DNA from: Octopus sinensis
Lineage: Eukaryota
NCBI RefSeq assembly: GCF_006345805.1
Contig: NC_043005.1
Coordinates: 62,992,001 to 63,056,000, forward strand
Reading direction: 5' to 3'
DNA length: 64,000 bases
Under the pieces are notes generated by a model that was not told the DNA's origin, ran no database searches, and saw nothing but the letters and a program-made list of their open reading frames with translations. Position numbers and translations under genes: made by a program. Shown here one piece after another: positions 63,817 to 64,000 of the stretch. How positions within the stretch are numbered: position 1 is the stretch's first letter; each line of letters starts with the position of its first letter.

Positions 63817-64000
63817 CGCGCATGAGTGGCTATGTGGTAAGTAGCTTGCTTACCAACCACATGGTTCTGGGTTCAGTCCCACTGCATGGCACTTTGAGCA
63901 AGTGCCTTCTATTCTAGCCTCGGGCCAACCAAAGCCTTGTGAGTGGATTTGGTAGACGAAAACTGAAAGAAGCCCGTCGTATATGTGTATATGTATGTGT
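63817..64000 (+). mobile_element. family-A SINE, 5' part (cut by window end)
   Basis: gtggctatgtggtaagtagcttgcttaccaaccacatggttctgggttcagtccc...gaaagaagcccgtcg-(TA/TG)n. Confidence 0.95.

Overview
AT-rich, microsatellite-dense eukaryotic DNA. Its tRNA-derived SINE families and RTE LINE pieces look like those of coleoid cephalopods (Octopus-like); this assignment is inferred from recalled repeat families, not from a search. I found no protein-coding host gene I can support. Almost all ORFs in the supplied track are translated microsatellites, SINE bodies or decayed LINE/transposase remnants. The window is best read as intronic or intergenic transposon debris: about 30 SINE copies from at least four modular families (labelled A, B, C and D here), one young 5'-truncated RTE LINE with target-site duplication (TSD), many old RTE/CR1/L2-type fossils, mariner, Tigger and piggyBac-like remnants, and several long fold-back elements. 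The leads most worth following are a hammerhead-ribozyme-like core in a Penelope-type fragment, three long palindromic elements plus a cluster of inverted SINE pairs (candidate dsRNA/ADAR substrates), head/tail shuffling among SINEs, and two pre-miRNA-sized hairpins. All alignments were done by eye, so the ends of decayed elements are approximate.
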